Part shown: positions 1-7,201 of the stretch, in pieces | How the letters are laid out: each line of letters starts with the position of its first letter | How positions within the stretch are numbered: position 1 is the first letter of the stretch | DNA from: Chlamydiales bacterium | GTDB taxonomy: Bacteria; Chlamydiota; Chlamydiia; Chlamydiales; SM23-39 | Length of the DNA: 32,000 bases | Assembly (NCBI GenBank): GCA_965261025.1 | Contig: OZ253438.1 | Span: 660,001 to 692,000, forward strand | Reading direction: 5' to 3' | The notes under the pieces: model-generated | Database searches by the model: none | What the model was told of the DNA's origin: nothing | Seen by the model: only the letters and a program-made list of their open reading frames with translations | Position numbers and translations under genes: made by a program

Positions 1-1524
1 TCCCTTATAAACAAAGCTTAAATCATCCACATAGTGCCTATGCAGATCCTCCACTTTTTTCCCTACCTTCTCTTCAAGCTCTTTTTTAGAGCCTATTACG
101 AAAAGATCTCCTTCTTCTGACTTCCATAGGGGAATAGGTGTTCCCCAATATCGATTTCTAGAAATAGCCCAATCTCTTGCATTGAAAAGCCATTTCCCAA
201 ATCTACCTTTTTTAATATGGGCAGGCACCCAGTGAATCCTTTCATTCATCTCCAAAAGCTTTTCTTTAAGACTTTCTACTGCTATAAACCAGGTATTCAC
301 TGCTTTGTAGATTAGGGGAGTATCAGAGCGCCAACAAAAGGGATAGCGATGTCTAACGGTTCCTTGACGAAACACTTTTCCCTCTTCTTTCAATCTTTTC
401 ATCAAAGATTTATCTGCATCCTTTACTAAAACCCCTTCCCATTCCTTTATTTCTTTAGTGAATCTTCCATTATTATCTACGGGACAAACAGGCTCTATTC
501 CCTCTTTTTTACAAGCAAAAAAGTCTGTTTCCCCAAAAGCAGGAGCTGCATGAACTATTCCTGTCCCTTCTTCCGTAGATACAAATTCATCAACGATTAC
601 CAAAAAGGAAGGTTCTTTCTTAGGAGCAAAAAAATAGGAAAATAGGGGTAGATAGGATCTTCCCTTCAACGTCTCTCCTAAAAACTTTCTTTTCACTTCA
701 TACTCTTGCTTATCAGGAAAGTATACGCTTAATCTGTCCTCGGCTAAAACATAGTGCTCCCGTTTTTCCTTATGCCAAATCTTTACGTAAATTATTTTTG
801 GATGAACCACTAAAGCCAGGTTAGAAACTAAAGTCCAAGGAGTAGTAGTCCAGGCTAAGAAATAGGTATTTTCTTCTTCTTCTGCTAAGAATTTTACTGT
901 AAGGGAGGGATCATCTACCTCCTGATAATTTAAATTCGCTTCAAAATTAGAAAGAGGGGTTCCCAACTTTGCAGAAAAAGGCATTACCTTGAAACCCTCA
1001 TATATAAGCCCTTTTTTGAATAGCTCTTTAAAAACCCACCAAACGCTCTCCATGAAGGAAGGATCCATAGTTCGATAAGCCTTAGAAAAATCAACCCATC
1101 TGCCCATTCTCTCTACTACAAAACGCCACTGCTCTGTATATCGAAGTACAATCCCTCTACATTCTTCATTAAATTTAGCAATTCCAAAAGACTCAATCGC
1201 TTTAGCTCCCGAGAGCTCCTGAGCCTTTTCGATCTCATTTTCAACGGGAAGTCCATGACAATCCCACCCAAACCTTCTAGGGACAAGATATCCTTTCATT
1301 GTCTTATATCTGGGAATAATGTCTTTAATGGTCCCCGCGAGCAAGTGGCCATAATGAGGTAAACCCGTTGCAAAAGGAGGTCCATCATAAAAAGAAAAAT
1401 AAGGAGCTCCCTTTCGATTTTCCAAAGATTTTTCAAAAATTTTTTCCTTCTCCCAAAACCGTAGAATTCTTTCTTCTCTTTCAGGAAAACTTTCTTCTTT
1501 CACGCTAAATCGATTCTTTCTCAT
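1..1524 (-). CDS. ileS: Isoleucyl-tRNA synthetase, type 2 (eukaryote-like). This is the N-terminal 508 codons; the C-terminus lies beyond the left edge.
   Basis: My own minus-strand translation starts at the ATG at 1524..1522: MRKNRFSVKEESFPEREERILRFWEKEKIFEKSL...FYDGPPFATGLPHYGHLLAGTIKDIIPRYKTMKGYLVPRRFGWDCHGLPVE... The frame stays open to base 1. It carries the class I HIGH-type motif (HYGH). The ORF is absent from the supplied track because it has no stop inside the window. Confidence 0.92.
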   Translation of the reverse strand, partial: MRKNRFSVKEESFPEREERILRFWEKEKIFEKSLENRKGAPYFSFYDGPPFATGLPHYGHLLAGTIKDIIPRYKTMKGYLVPRRFGWDCHGLPVENEIEKAQELSGAKAIESFGIAKFNEECRGIVLRYTEQWRFVVERMGRWVDFSKAYRTMDPSFMESVWWVFKELFKKGLIYEGFKVMPFSAKLGTPLSNFEANLNYQEVDDPSLTVKFLAEEEENTYFLAWTTTPWTLVSNLALVVHPKIIYVKIWHKEKREHYVLAEDRLSVYFPDKQEYEVKRKFLGETLKGRSYLPLFSYFFAPKKEPSFLVIVDEFVSTEEGTGIVHAAPAFGETDFFACKKEGIEPVCPVDNNGRFTKEIKEWEGVLVKDADKSLMKRLKEEGKVFRQGTVRHRYPFCWRSDTPLIYKAVNTWFIAVESLKEKLLEMNERIHWVPAHIKKGRFGKWLFNARDWAISRNRYWGTPIPLWKSEEGDLFVIGSKKELEEKVGKKVEDLHRHYVDDLSFVYKG

Positions 1525-1597
1525 AGATTTCTTTTAACTGCTTAGAATTTAAGTAATTGTAAAATAAGTTTGTTTATGACACAATAGAAGAAAAATC

Positions 1598-2000
1598 GGG
1601 GGTGTACTGGTTTCGACTTACCAAGGAAGCATTTGTGGCATGCAGAGGTTGTCGGTGGGCCTCTTTAAACAACCGGCAAGCCGTTTAGTTGGCAAAGAAA
1701 CGAAAATCGTGAACTTCCCTTCTTCTTTTGAAGAAGAGATGGTCATAGCTGCTTAATTAAACTTAACAGTTTAATTAGCCCGGCAGTCTAGAATTCACCA
1801 AGAGTTTTAGAACCTGCTGTCATTCATCTTGGCATGAGGGTAGCTGTGATCGTACCTCTTGGCTATTCTCGAGAAACAGAGGACGGACCTGTCTTGAATT
1901 GGGGCTTCTTGCAACAAGATAGGTAACTTCAAGAACGCTAAGCATGTAGTCATAACTGGGGATTTGAGTAAGGACGAGAGTTCGATTCTCTCCACCTCCA
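1598..2000 (+). ncRNA. ssrA: tmRNA (SsrA), one-piece form
   Basis: The 5' end GGGGGTGTACTGGTTTCGAC and a GCATGCAGAGG box resemble the E. coli ssrA 5' region. The 3' end has a T-arm (GAGAG-TTCGATT-CTCTC). The acceptor strand CACCTCC pairs with GGGGGTG and includes a G3:U70 wobble, the alanine identity element. The internal tag frame 1691..1756 reads GKETKIVNFPSSFEEEMVIAA-stop. CCA is not encoded (genomic A-ACC). The exact 3' end is uncertain by a few nt. Confidence 0.9.
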
Positions 2001-2009
2001 ACCCAAATG

Positions 2010-2044
2010 AAGGCTTCAGTTTCACAACTGAAGCCTTTTGTTTT
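2010..2044 (+). terminator. Rho-independent terminator of ssrA
   Basis: A perfect 12-bp stem pairs AAGGCTTCAGTT (2010-2021) with AACTGAAGCCTT (2026-2037). The loop is TCAC, followed by TTGTTTT. Confidence 0.8.
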
Positions 2045-2097
2045 CAGTGATATACACCAGCAAATTCACCCCGAAAAATTCCGCCGCGCAAACCTCA

Positions 2098-2119
2098 ATT
2101 ACGCACTATTTACGCACTA
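2098..2119. repeat. Tandem direct repeat, two 11-nt units
   Basis: The units are aTTACGCACTA (2098-2108) and tTTACGCACTA (2109-2119). They share 10 of 11 nt, have an 11-nt period, and sit in the G+C-richer spacer just 3' of ssrA. Confidence 0.6.
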
Positions 2120-2259
2120 GACTGGATAAAATAGGCGCAAAGCGCTTCCTTTTCTTAAATGAAACTGCTATCATGATTTTGGACAACTTGTGGTGATCTA
2201 GTTTTTAATACAACATCTCCACCGCAAAACAATCTAAGTTCAACTGCGACAGAAAAACT

Positions 2260-2685
2260 ATGCACGAAACAGATTACAGACATATCGAATCCTGGATGCA
2301 TGCAGTGATGGAGAAATATTGGACCGGCCAAACTTGGAATCAAGCAATTAGCGACACTCCCTTAGAGAAATTCGCCAATCCACAAATGCATGGCCCTCAT
2401 TCCATCGGCAAAATTCTCATTCCCGAAAAATGTTCTTTATGCCAAAACGCTATCGCGGGTTATTTTGCAAGTCGTCAGGAGTTTAGCGAAGGCTTGACGT
2501 GGAATAGGTCAGCTATTTGTATTTCATGTGGACATAAGCCATTTGCAAACCGCTGTTATTGCTCTTTATGCTCAGCCTCTTATAAGGCTGAAAAAAAGCG
2601 ATTAAAACAAGAAGCTACAGAAAGAGCGGCCTTAGAAAAAGCTCAACGGCAAGAGCAGGTTGAAATTTTGACCAAAGATCACTGA
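2260..2685 (+). CDS. Hypothetical Cys-rich protein (putative zinc ribbon) with a charged C-terminal helix
   Basis: This is a 141-aa ATG ORF. It has three Cys clusters: EKCSLCQ, ICISCGH and RCYCSLCS. The tail is K/E/Q-rich (KAEKKRLKQEATERAALEKAQRQEQ). I recognise no family, the SD is weak, and the composition is atypical for the window. Confidence 0.5.
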   Translation: MHETDYRHIESWMHAVMEKYWTGQTWNQAISDTPLEKFANPQMHGPHSIGKILIPEKCSLCQNAIAGYFASRQEFSEGLTWNRSAICISCGHKPFANRCYCSLCSASYKAEKKRLKQEATERAALEKAQRQEQVEILTKDH

Positions 2686-2762
2686 CTTAAATCAAGTCAG
2701 CGAAATCGAGCGTTAAGTTATTTTGTGAAAAGATCTGGATCGATTTCCTTATCATCATAAAT

Positions 2763-3665
2763 TTAATCGGCTATATAGTTCTGATGATCTAAAAGAACTT
2801 CTTCAATGATGCGCCAACATTGTTTCGATTCTGAATTGCTTGGATTTGTAAAACCAGCTGCAACAACCAAAGCCTTCCATAAAGTCCAACCTTGCGCTCG
2901 TGCCCAAGTATCTTTATCCAGAGAAAGCCCATTTTGAAAAGCGGTTCTACTTTCCCCTTGCAAAAGGGTCCAGTTGATCGCAAGATCGCATGCCGGATCG
3001 CCAATAGCTAGCTGCCCAAAATCAATCACTCCGCAAAGCTTCCCTTTTTGCACCAAAAGATTACCCGCGCTAATATCTCCATGAATCCATACTGGGGGCT
3101 TTTTCCAAGAAGTTGAAAGAGCTCTTTCCCAAATATCAGTTGCTAAACTTGAATCCACCTTTCCCTTTAGGGAATGAATCGCTTTTCGCATATCAGCATC
3201 ATAGGTAGCTAATGATCCCCCGCGGTAAAAGCTATGCAATCCAGGAGATGGTCCTCCTGTTGTATCAATGCGGTGTAAAGCATGTAAAAAAGAAATAAGG
3301 TCGGTCGCAAACCCAACTAGATCGCTGACAGGGGTTGAAGCAACTGTCTCACCTTCAAGCCAACGGTAAATTGACCATTTCCATGGATATCCATATTGAG
3401 GCTTTCCGATTGCTAAAGGGACTGGTATCGATACAGGAAGAGCTGGGGCTAACTTCGGCAGCCACTTATGTTCCTTTTCAACCTGCAATTCATAGTCTGC
3501 TGCACTAGGCAAACGAACCAACATTTCCTTTCCCAAATGAAAGGTTCGATTATCCCATCCACTCATTGCTACAGGTTCAACAGGCAAATCTCGCCAATCT
3601 GGAAATTGAGAGGCAATTAAACGGCGCACTAGAGAAGCATCTATCACTGGAGGGTCTTGTTTCAT
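2763..3665 (-). CDS. Aminoglycoside/choline-kinase-type phosphotransferase (APH family)
   Basis: The ORF is 300 aa. It has the catalytic-loop motif WIHGDISAGNLL (HGDxxxxN) and the metal-binding motif VIDFGQLAIGDPACDL (DFG-type), typical of the APH fold. Substrate cannot be inferred. Confidence 0.85.
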   Translation of the reverse strand: MKQDPPVIDASLVRRLIASQFPDWRDLPVEPVAMSGWDNRTFHLGKEMLVRLPSAADYELQVEKEHKWLPKLAPALPVSIPVPLAIGKPQYGYPWKWSIYRWLEGETVASTPVSDLVGFATDLISFLHALHRIDTTGGPSPGLHSFYRGGSLATYDADMRKAIHSLKGKVDSSLATDIWERALSTSWKKPPVWIHGDISAGNLLVQKGKLCGVIDFGQLAIGDPACDLAINWTLLQGESRTAFQNGLSLDKDTWARAQGWTLWKALVVAAGFTNPSNSESKQCWRIIEEVLLDHQNYIAD

Positions 3666-3777
3666 TTTTCTATAGCCACTTGATTTTTTTTGATGAGTTT
3701 TTGAAAAATGTCCATCATAAGTTCTATCTTTTCTTGTATATGCTTGCTGAAGTGAATGAAAGCAGGGGCTAAGATGA

Positions 3778-4056
3778 CTACCCTATGTAGAATTTATCCA
3801 CCAAATCTTCAAGAAGCTTGCCTTCTGAAGTAGGGTCATATTTCTCATCAAATCCTACTAGTTGCAGTTGTTCTCCACAAAGATCTCTTATTTCATCGGC
3901 TTGATCTTCTGTGATATTAAGCTTATAGGTGTTTTCTTCCGCCCTTTCCGTAAGAAAAAAAAGCTGCCTCAACCTATCCGGAAGGAAAGATGCTTTACAA
4001 AGATAGCTGTACTCATCTTGATTTAATTTAATTACTATTAACATTTGACAGCTCAT
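3778..4056 (-). CDS. Hypothetical small acidic protein, candidate immunity/antitoxin partner of the upstream toxin-like frame
   Basis: This is a 92-aa ATG ORF rich in D/E (…NITEDQADEIRDLCGEQLQLVGFDEKYDPTSEGKLLEDLVDKFY). Its first 29 nt overlap the end of the 4028-4339 frame, which is operon-like coupling. Confidence 0.5.
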   Translation of the reverse strand: MSCQMLIVIKLNQDEYSYLCKASFLPDRLRQLFFLTERAEENTYKLNITEDQADEIRDLCGEQLQLVGFDEKYDPTSEGKLLEDLVDKFYIG

Positions 4057-4339
4057 TGATTAATTTTTCTGCTTTTTTAGTTGATGTTGGATTCACAGAA
4101 ACAATTCCCCCTGTTTCTGGGTTCAGAACAACTTCCGCTTTTTTTCCTATAAAGCGTTGACTAGGCCTTCCCCTCGAATCAAGTTTAACAGGACTGACTT
4201 TTAGAGGAGATTCTATAGCATCGAAAATTGCTTCTCTTGTAACTCCACGCTCGATAGCCCTTTGTAAGGAGTGCTCCGTGAAAATTATGTTTTGACGAAC
4301 GGTCTTAGAGACATTACTTGTAAATCGATTATTTTCCCA
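4028..4339 (-). pseudogene. Start-less toxin-like ORF (DUF4258-like, or a polymorphic-toxin C-terminal-domain-like fragment)
   Basis: My translation gives an open frame of 103 codons between TGA (4342..4340) and TAA (4030..4028): WENNRFTSNVSKTVRQNIIFTEHSLQRAIERGVTREAIFDAIESPLKVSPVKLDSRGRPSQRFIGKKAEVVLNPETGGIVSVNPTSTKKAEKLINELSNVNSN. There is no in-frame ATG or TTG anywhere, and the first in-frame GTG is near the C-terminus. The F-T-x-H-x-x-x-R-x-x-E-R-G-[IV] opening resembles small DUF4258-type toxins, from memory. An ATA codon at 4288..4286 sits where such proteins normally start. Confidence 0.4.
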
Positions 4340-4471
4340 TCAAAATATTGATTTTTTTGGTATTTCCTTTCAAAATAATGACTATTTAGGTAAATATCTA
4401 TAAAAATAGATAAAAACCATTATAACCCCTTGAAAGGGTGATATAAATAGTACTTTTCATCAAAATAATGA
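4338..4471. repeat. Three dispersed copies of the motif TCAAAATAWTGA in an AT-rich non-coding stretch
   Basis: The copies are CATCAAAATATTGA (4338-4351), TCAAAATAATGA (4370-4381) and CATCAAAATAATGA (4458-4471). The same stretch contains the palindromes ATCTAT-AAAA-ATAGAT (4396-4411) and CCCTT-GA-AAGGG (4427-4438). Confidence 0.5.
4419..4447 (-). promoter_or_regulatory. Candidate sigma70-type promoter reading toward the toxin-like/92-aa/APH genes
   Basis: On the minus strand the -35 is TTTATA (4447..4442), the spacer is 17 nt, and the -10 is a perfect TATAAT (4424..4419). Such hexamers are common in AT-rich DNA. Confidence 0.3.
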
Positions 4472-4694
4472 TAAATCTTTCCCTCTGTGCTCTACTGCAA
4501 AAAGCTTGGAAGCCAAGTTTATAACTTGGGAATCAGACCCAAATACAACCGATTTTTATATTCATATGGGAGTGAAACAAATTGATTTGAGAGACGTACC
4601 TTCTTGAAGGGAAAAACAGAACCCTTGCCATCTTAAAAATGGACTTAATTTAACACTAAAGCATCAAATCTGACCTTGGTATTTTCTGAGCTCT

Positions 4695-5954
4695 TCAGGC
4701 TTTGTAAAAAGCGCTCTGTCTTGAAGCAGCTACTCGTCCCATATAAATCATTCCCAGAAAACAAATTACTGTACCTAGCATTATGACAAACTCAGGACCC
4801 CACAAATAGCATAATATACCTCCAAAAGCAGGAGCTATAGCTCCTCTTATCCCAAGCATCAAAATATTTAACCTTGAAAAAGGAGAGCTATCCTTATCAT
4901 GAGAAAATAATATACCAGAAAGGTTCCATATCACATGAGAGCCTGCTTGAGCAATTCCATAAAGAAAAAAAGAGAGATAAAACCAGTTCAAGTGAAATGT
5001 AGTAAAGATCATAAAAAGTAAATAAAAAGTAAAACCAACCAGAATCAACTGCGTCAAAAAAAACACCTTCTCTTTCTGCAAGTACCTTCTCCAAATCCAA
5101 GAAGAGAGCACAATGCCAATACCCATGCAAATCGAACGTCCCGTAATTACAGAAGCGTGGGGTAAATGGAGGATATCTGCATAATAAATCGATAAACTAG
5201 GACTGATAAGCATCAAGCTAAATCCTCCTACCATAAACCCATATTGAAATTGCGCAAATTCTGGATGTTCTTTTAATAAAGAAAAGCTTTCTTTCCACGG
5301 AAGAATTACCCTGCTTTTGAAGGATAGGCGGGTCGAACTAGATCCTGCTTGGTCTTGTTTTAGGTCTAAAATAGGAATGGAAAATTGAAAAAAAAGAGAA
5401 GTTAGTCCTACTAAAGAAGATAAGCCAAACAATAATGGCCATAAAGAAGGATCCCAGTTAAGAATATTTATAATAGCAAAACCTAAAAAAATACTCTCAA
5501 TGAAACTTAGAACAAAATAGAAAGTGTATACGTTTCCTTGCTTTTGATTGGGAATATTATTCTTCAATATCTCTATGAGCGCAGGATTTCCCGATTTATT
5601 GAAAAATTCATAACACGCCGCGCAAAAAATCAAATACCAAGAATTCAAGATCCAAGGAACAAAGAGGAAAGGAAGTCTTGCAAAAATCCATGCACTGATT
5701 AAGTTACTCTTTAGAAGGTGTTTTTTTTCTTTTAAGTTTGCGCTCCAGTAAAAAGAAAAAACAGGAAGAATAGGCCTTAGAGCGGATAAAATAGAGATTT
5801 CTAAAAGGGAAGCCTGTAAATTCTTTCTCAAAATAAAAGGTAAAAGGGCATATAAAATCACTAATGGCTCATGGGAAAGCTTCATCCAAAGCAAGGCCCT
5901 TTTTGTTTTTAATTGAAAAAGGCCCGTATCTTTTTCTAATCGAAGCTCTTTCAT
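4695..5954 (-). CDS. Multi-pass membrane transporter, MFS-like
   Basis: The ORF is 419 aa and hydrophobic throughout, with about 12 hydrophobic segments split by a central polar loop (…LDLKQDQAGSSSTRLSFKSR…). That layout is the MFS 6+6 arrangement. Substrate is unknown. Confidence 0.65.
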   Translation of the reverse strand: MKELRLEKDTGLFQLKTKRALLWMKLSHEPLVILYALLPFILRKNLQASLLEISILSALRPILPVFSFYWSANLKEKKHLLKSNLISAWIFARLPFLFVPWILNSWYLIFCAACYEFFNKSGNPALIEILKNNIPNQKQGNVYTFYFVLSFIESIFLGFAIINILNWDPSLWPLLFGLSSLVGLTSLFFQFSIPILDLKQDQAGSSSTRLSFKSRVILPWKESFSLLKEHPEFAQFQYGFMVGGFSLMLISPSLSIYYADILHLPHASVITGRSICMGIGIVLSSWIWRRYLQKEKVFFLTQLILVGFTFYLLFMIFTTFHLNWFYLSFFLYGIAQAGSHVIWNLSGILFSHDKDSSPFSRLNILMLGIRGAIAPAFGGILCYLWGPEFVIMLGTVICFLGMIYMGRVAASRQSAFYKA

Positions 5955-6041
5955 TTAACCGCCCCCAGCAGACAAAAACATACTAACAGGTAAGAACTAA
6001 GATTTCTAAAGATTATTAGTCCTAAAGGATCTACTACGCGG

Positions 6042-6746
6042 CTACAATACTTCAGCCAAAAAAACTTCAGCAGCCACCCAAGAACGAGTGGCTGCTGCTG
6101 AGTTATAAAGAATTCCCGCATCAGGGTTATTGGCTCTTGGTGCTGCAAAAGCATGCATAGCATTCCCATAAATATGGGCTTGCCAATCTACTTTAGCTCC
6201 ATCCATTTCTTTTTCAAAACGTCTCAATTCTTCCTGAGAAACTAGGGAATCCTTATATCCATGAAGGATAAGAAGCTTTGCCCGAATTGATTTGACTAAA
6301 TGATAAGGAGGTGGATCAAAATGCCCATAGATGCTTACAGCCCCTTTTAAGTCCGCTCCGCTCCGCGCAAGATCAAGAGCACATATTCCTCCAAAACCAA
6401 ATCCAATAACTGCTATTCGTCTTGAGTCTACATAGGGAAGCTGAGAAGCTATTTCAAAGGCTTTAACCACTCTGCGTTGCAAAAGGTATCGGTCTTCAAG
6501 AAAGGGTTTTTTCAAGGCTATACATTCTTCTCTGGATTTACCTAAAACGCCTTTCCCATACATATCAAGAGCAAATCCAACATATCCTCGCTTAGCTACC
6601 CTTTTAGCTTTTTTTTCTATGAACTCACTCCGTCCTTCCCATCCATGGCATAAAATCACAAGAGGCGATTTTTTTTTGCTTGCATAGGCTACAAAGCCCT
6701 CGAGTGAAACACCACCTTCTTCGTACGCAATCGCTGCAGAATGCAA
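6042..6746 (-). CDS. Dienelactone hydrolase family protein (alpha/beta hydrolase) with an atypical nucleophile position
   Basis: The ORF is 234 aa with a TTG start preceded by GAGGGGAAAG. It shows the DLH-like blocks LVILCHGWEG, IAVIGFGFGGICAL, LILHGYKDSLV and YGNAMHAF. The nucleophile-elbow position reads Gly (G117, codon GGT at 6398..6396). Confidence 0.75.
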   Translation of the reverse strand: MHSAAIAYEEGGVSLEGFVAYASKKKSPLVILCHGWEGRSEFIEKKAKRVAKRGYVGFALDMYGKGVLGKSREECIALKKPFLEDRYLLQRRVVKAFEIASQLPYVDSRRIAVIGFGFGGICALDLARSGADLKGAVSIYGHFDPPPYHLVKSIRAKLLILHGYKDSLVSQEELRRFEKEMDGAKVDWQAHIYGNAMHAFAAPRANNPDAGILYNSAAATRSWVAAEVFLAEVL

Positions 6747-6775
6747 ACTTTCCCCTCTTAAAAAAGCTTATTTTA

Positions 6776-7198
6776 CTAGAGCAAAAGAATAGCAAACACA
6801 AAAGCAAATAAAGCAAAAGACTCGACAATTCCAAGAGCTGCAAAAGCTTTTCCAAATACATTCGGCTGTTTAGCTGAGGCTTGGATGGCTGTAGCAGCAC
6901 ATTTTCCCTGGTAAATGGAAGAAGCCATGATCGCAAGACCTACAAAAAGACCTATTCCTAAAGCTGCTAGAGAAGATAATCTACCTGCCTGAATGCTATT
7001 CTTCATTAAAATCATTAAAACAAAACCATAGATAGACTGGGAAGCAGGAACAGCAGACATTCCAATAAACTTAGCATGCCCCTCTTCTACTCGAGACATC
7101 ACTCCGTGAGAAGCCATCCCCGCTATACCACAACCAATAGAACTTCCAAAACACCCCAAAGCCAGTGCAATAGCGGGGCCAATCATACCAAAATCCAT
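6776..7198 (-). CDS. atpK: V-type ATP synthase subunit K (proteolipid)
   Basis: The ORF is 140 aa and very Gly/Ala-rich, with hydrophobic hairpins. A conserved carboxylate lies in the last helix (GIVESFALF). It is the last gene of the V-ATPase operon. Confidence 0.9.
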   Translation of the reverse strand: MDFGMIGPAIALALGCFGSSIGCGIAGMASHGVMSRVEEGHAKFIGMSAVPASQSIYGFVLMILMKNSIQAGRLSSLAALGIGLFVGLAIMASSIYQGKCAATAIQASAKQPNVFGKAFAALGIVESFALFAFVFAILLL

Positions 7199-7201
7199 AC
7201 T

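Noticed and set aside
1807-2025. A 72-aa minus-strand ORF from the track.
   Set aside because: It lies entirely antisense to the tmRNA gene and its terminator. Its sequence has no protein-like features, so it is a chance ORF.
2098-2119. Whether the TTACGCACT repeats are DnaA boxes (TTATCCACA-like).
   Set aside because: Only about 6 of 9 positions match the consensus. There are two copies only, with no AT-rich unwinding element and no dnaA or dnaN nearby.
2216-2223. The 8-mer TCTCCACC repeats the tmRNA acceptor/T-arm junction at 1989-1996 and could be a relic att site.
   Set aside because: Only 8 nt match exactly, with about 50% identity beyond that. A chance match is plausible in 2.6 kb on two strands, and it would delimit a gene-free 220-bp segment.
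4538-4545. ACCCAAAT repeats the 8 nt immediately after the tmRNA discriminator (2001-2008). It sits near the right end of the islet and could be an attR.
   Set aside because: The position is tempting, since it would bracket the whole islet. However, only 8 contiguous nt match (10 of 16 in the extended alignment), and it does not include the tmRNA 3' stem usually duplicated by ssrA-targeting integrases. The evidence is insufficient without an alignment statistic.
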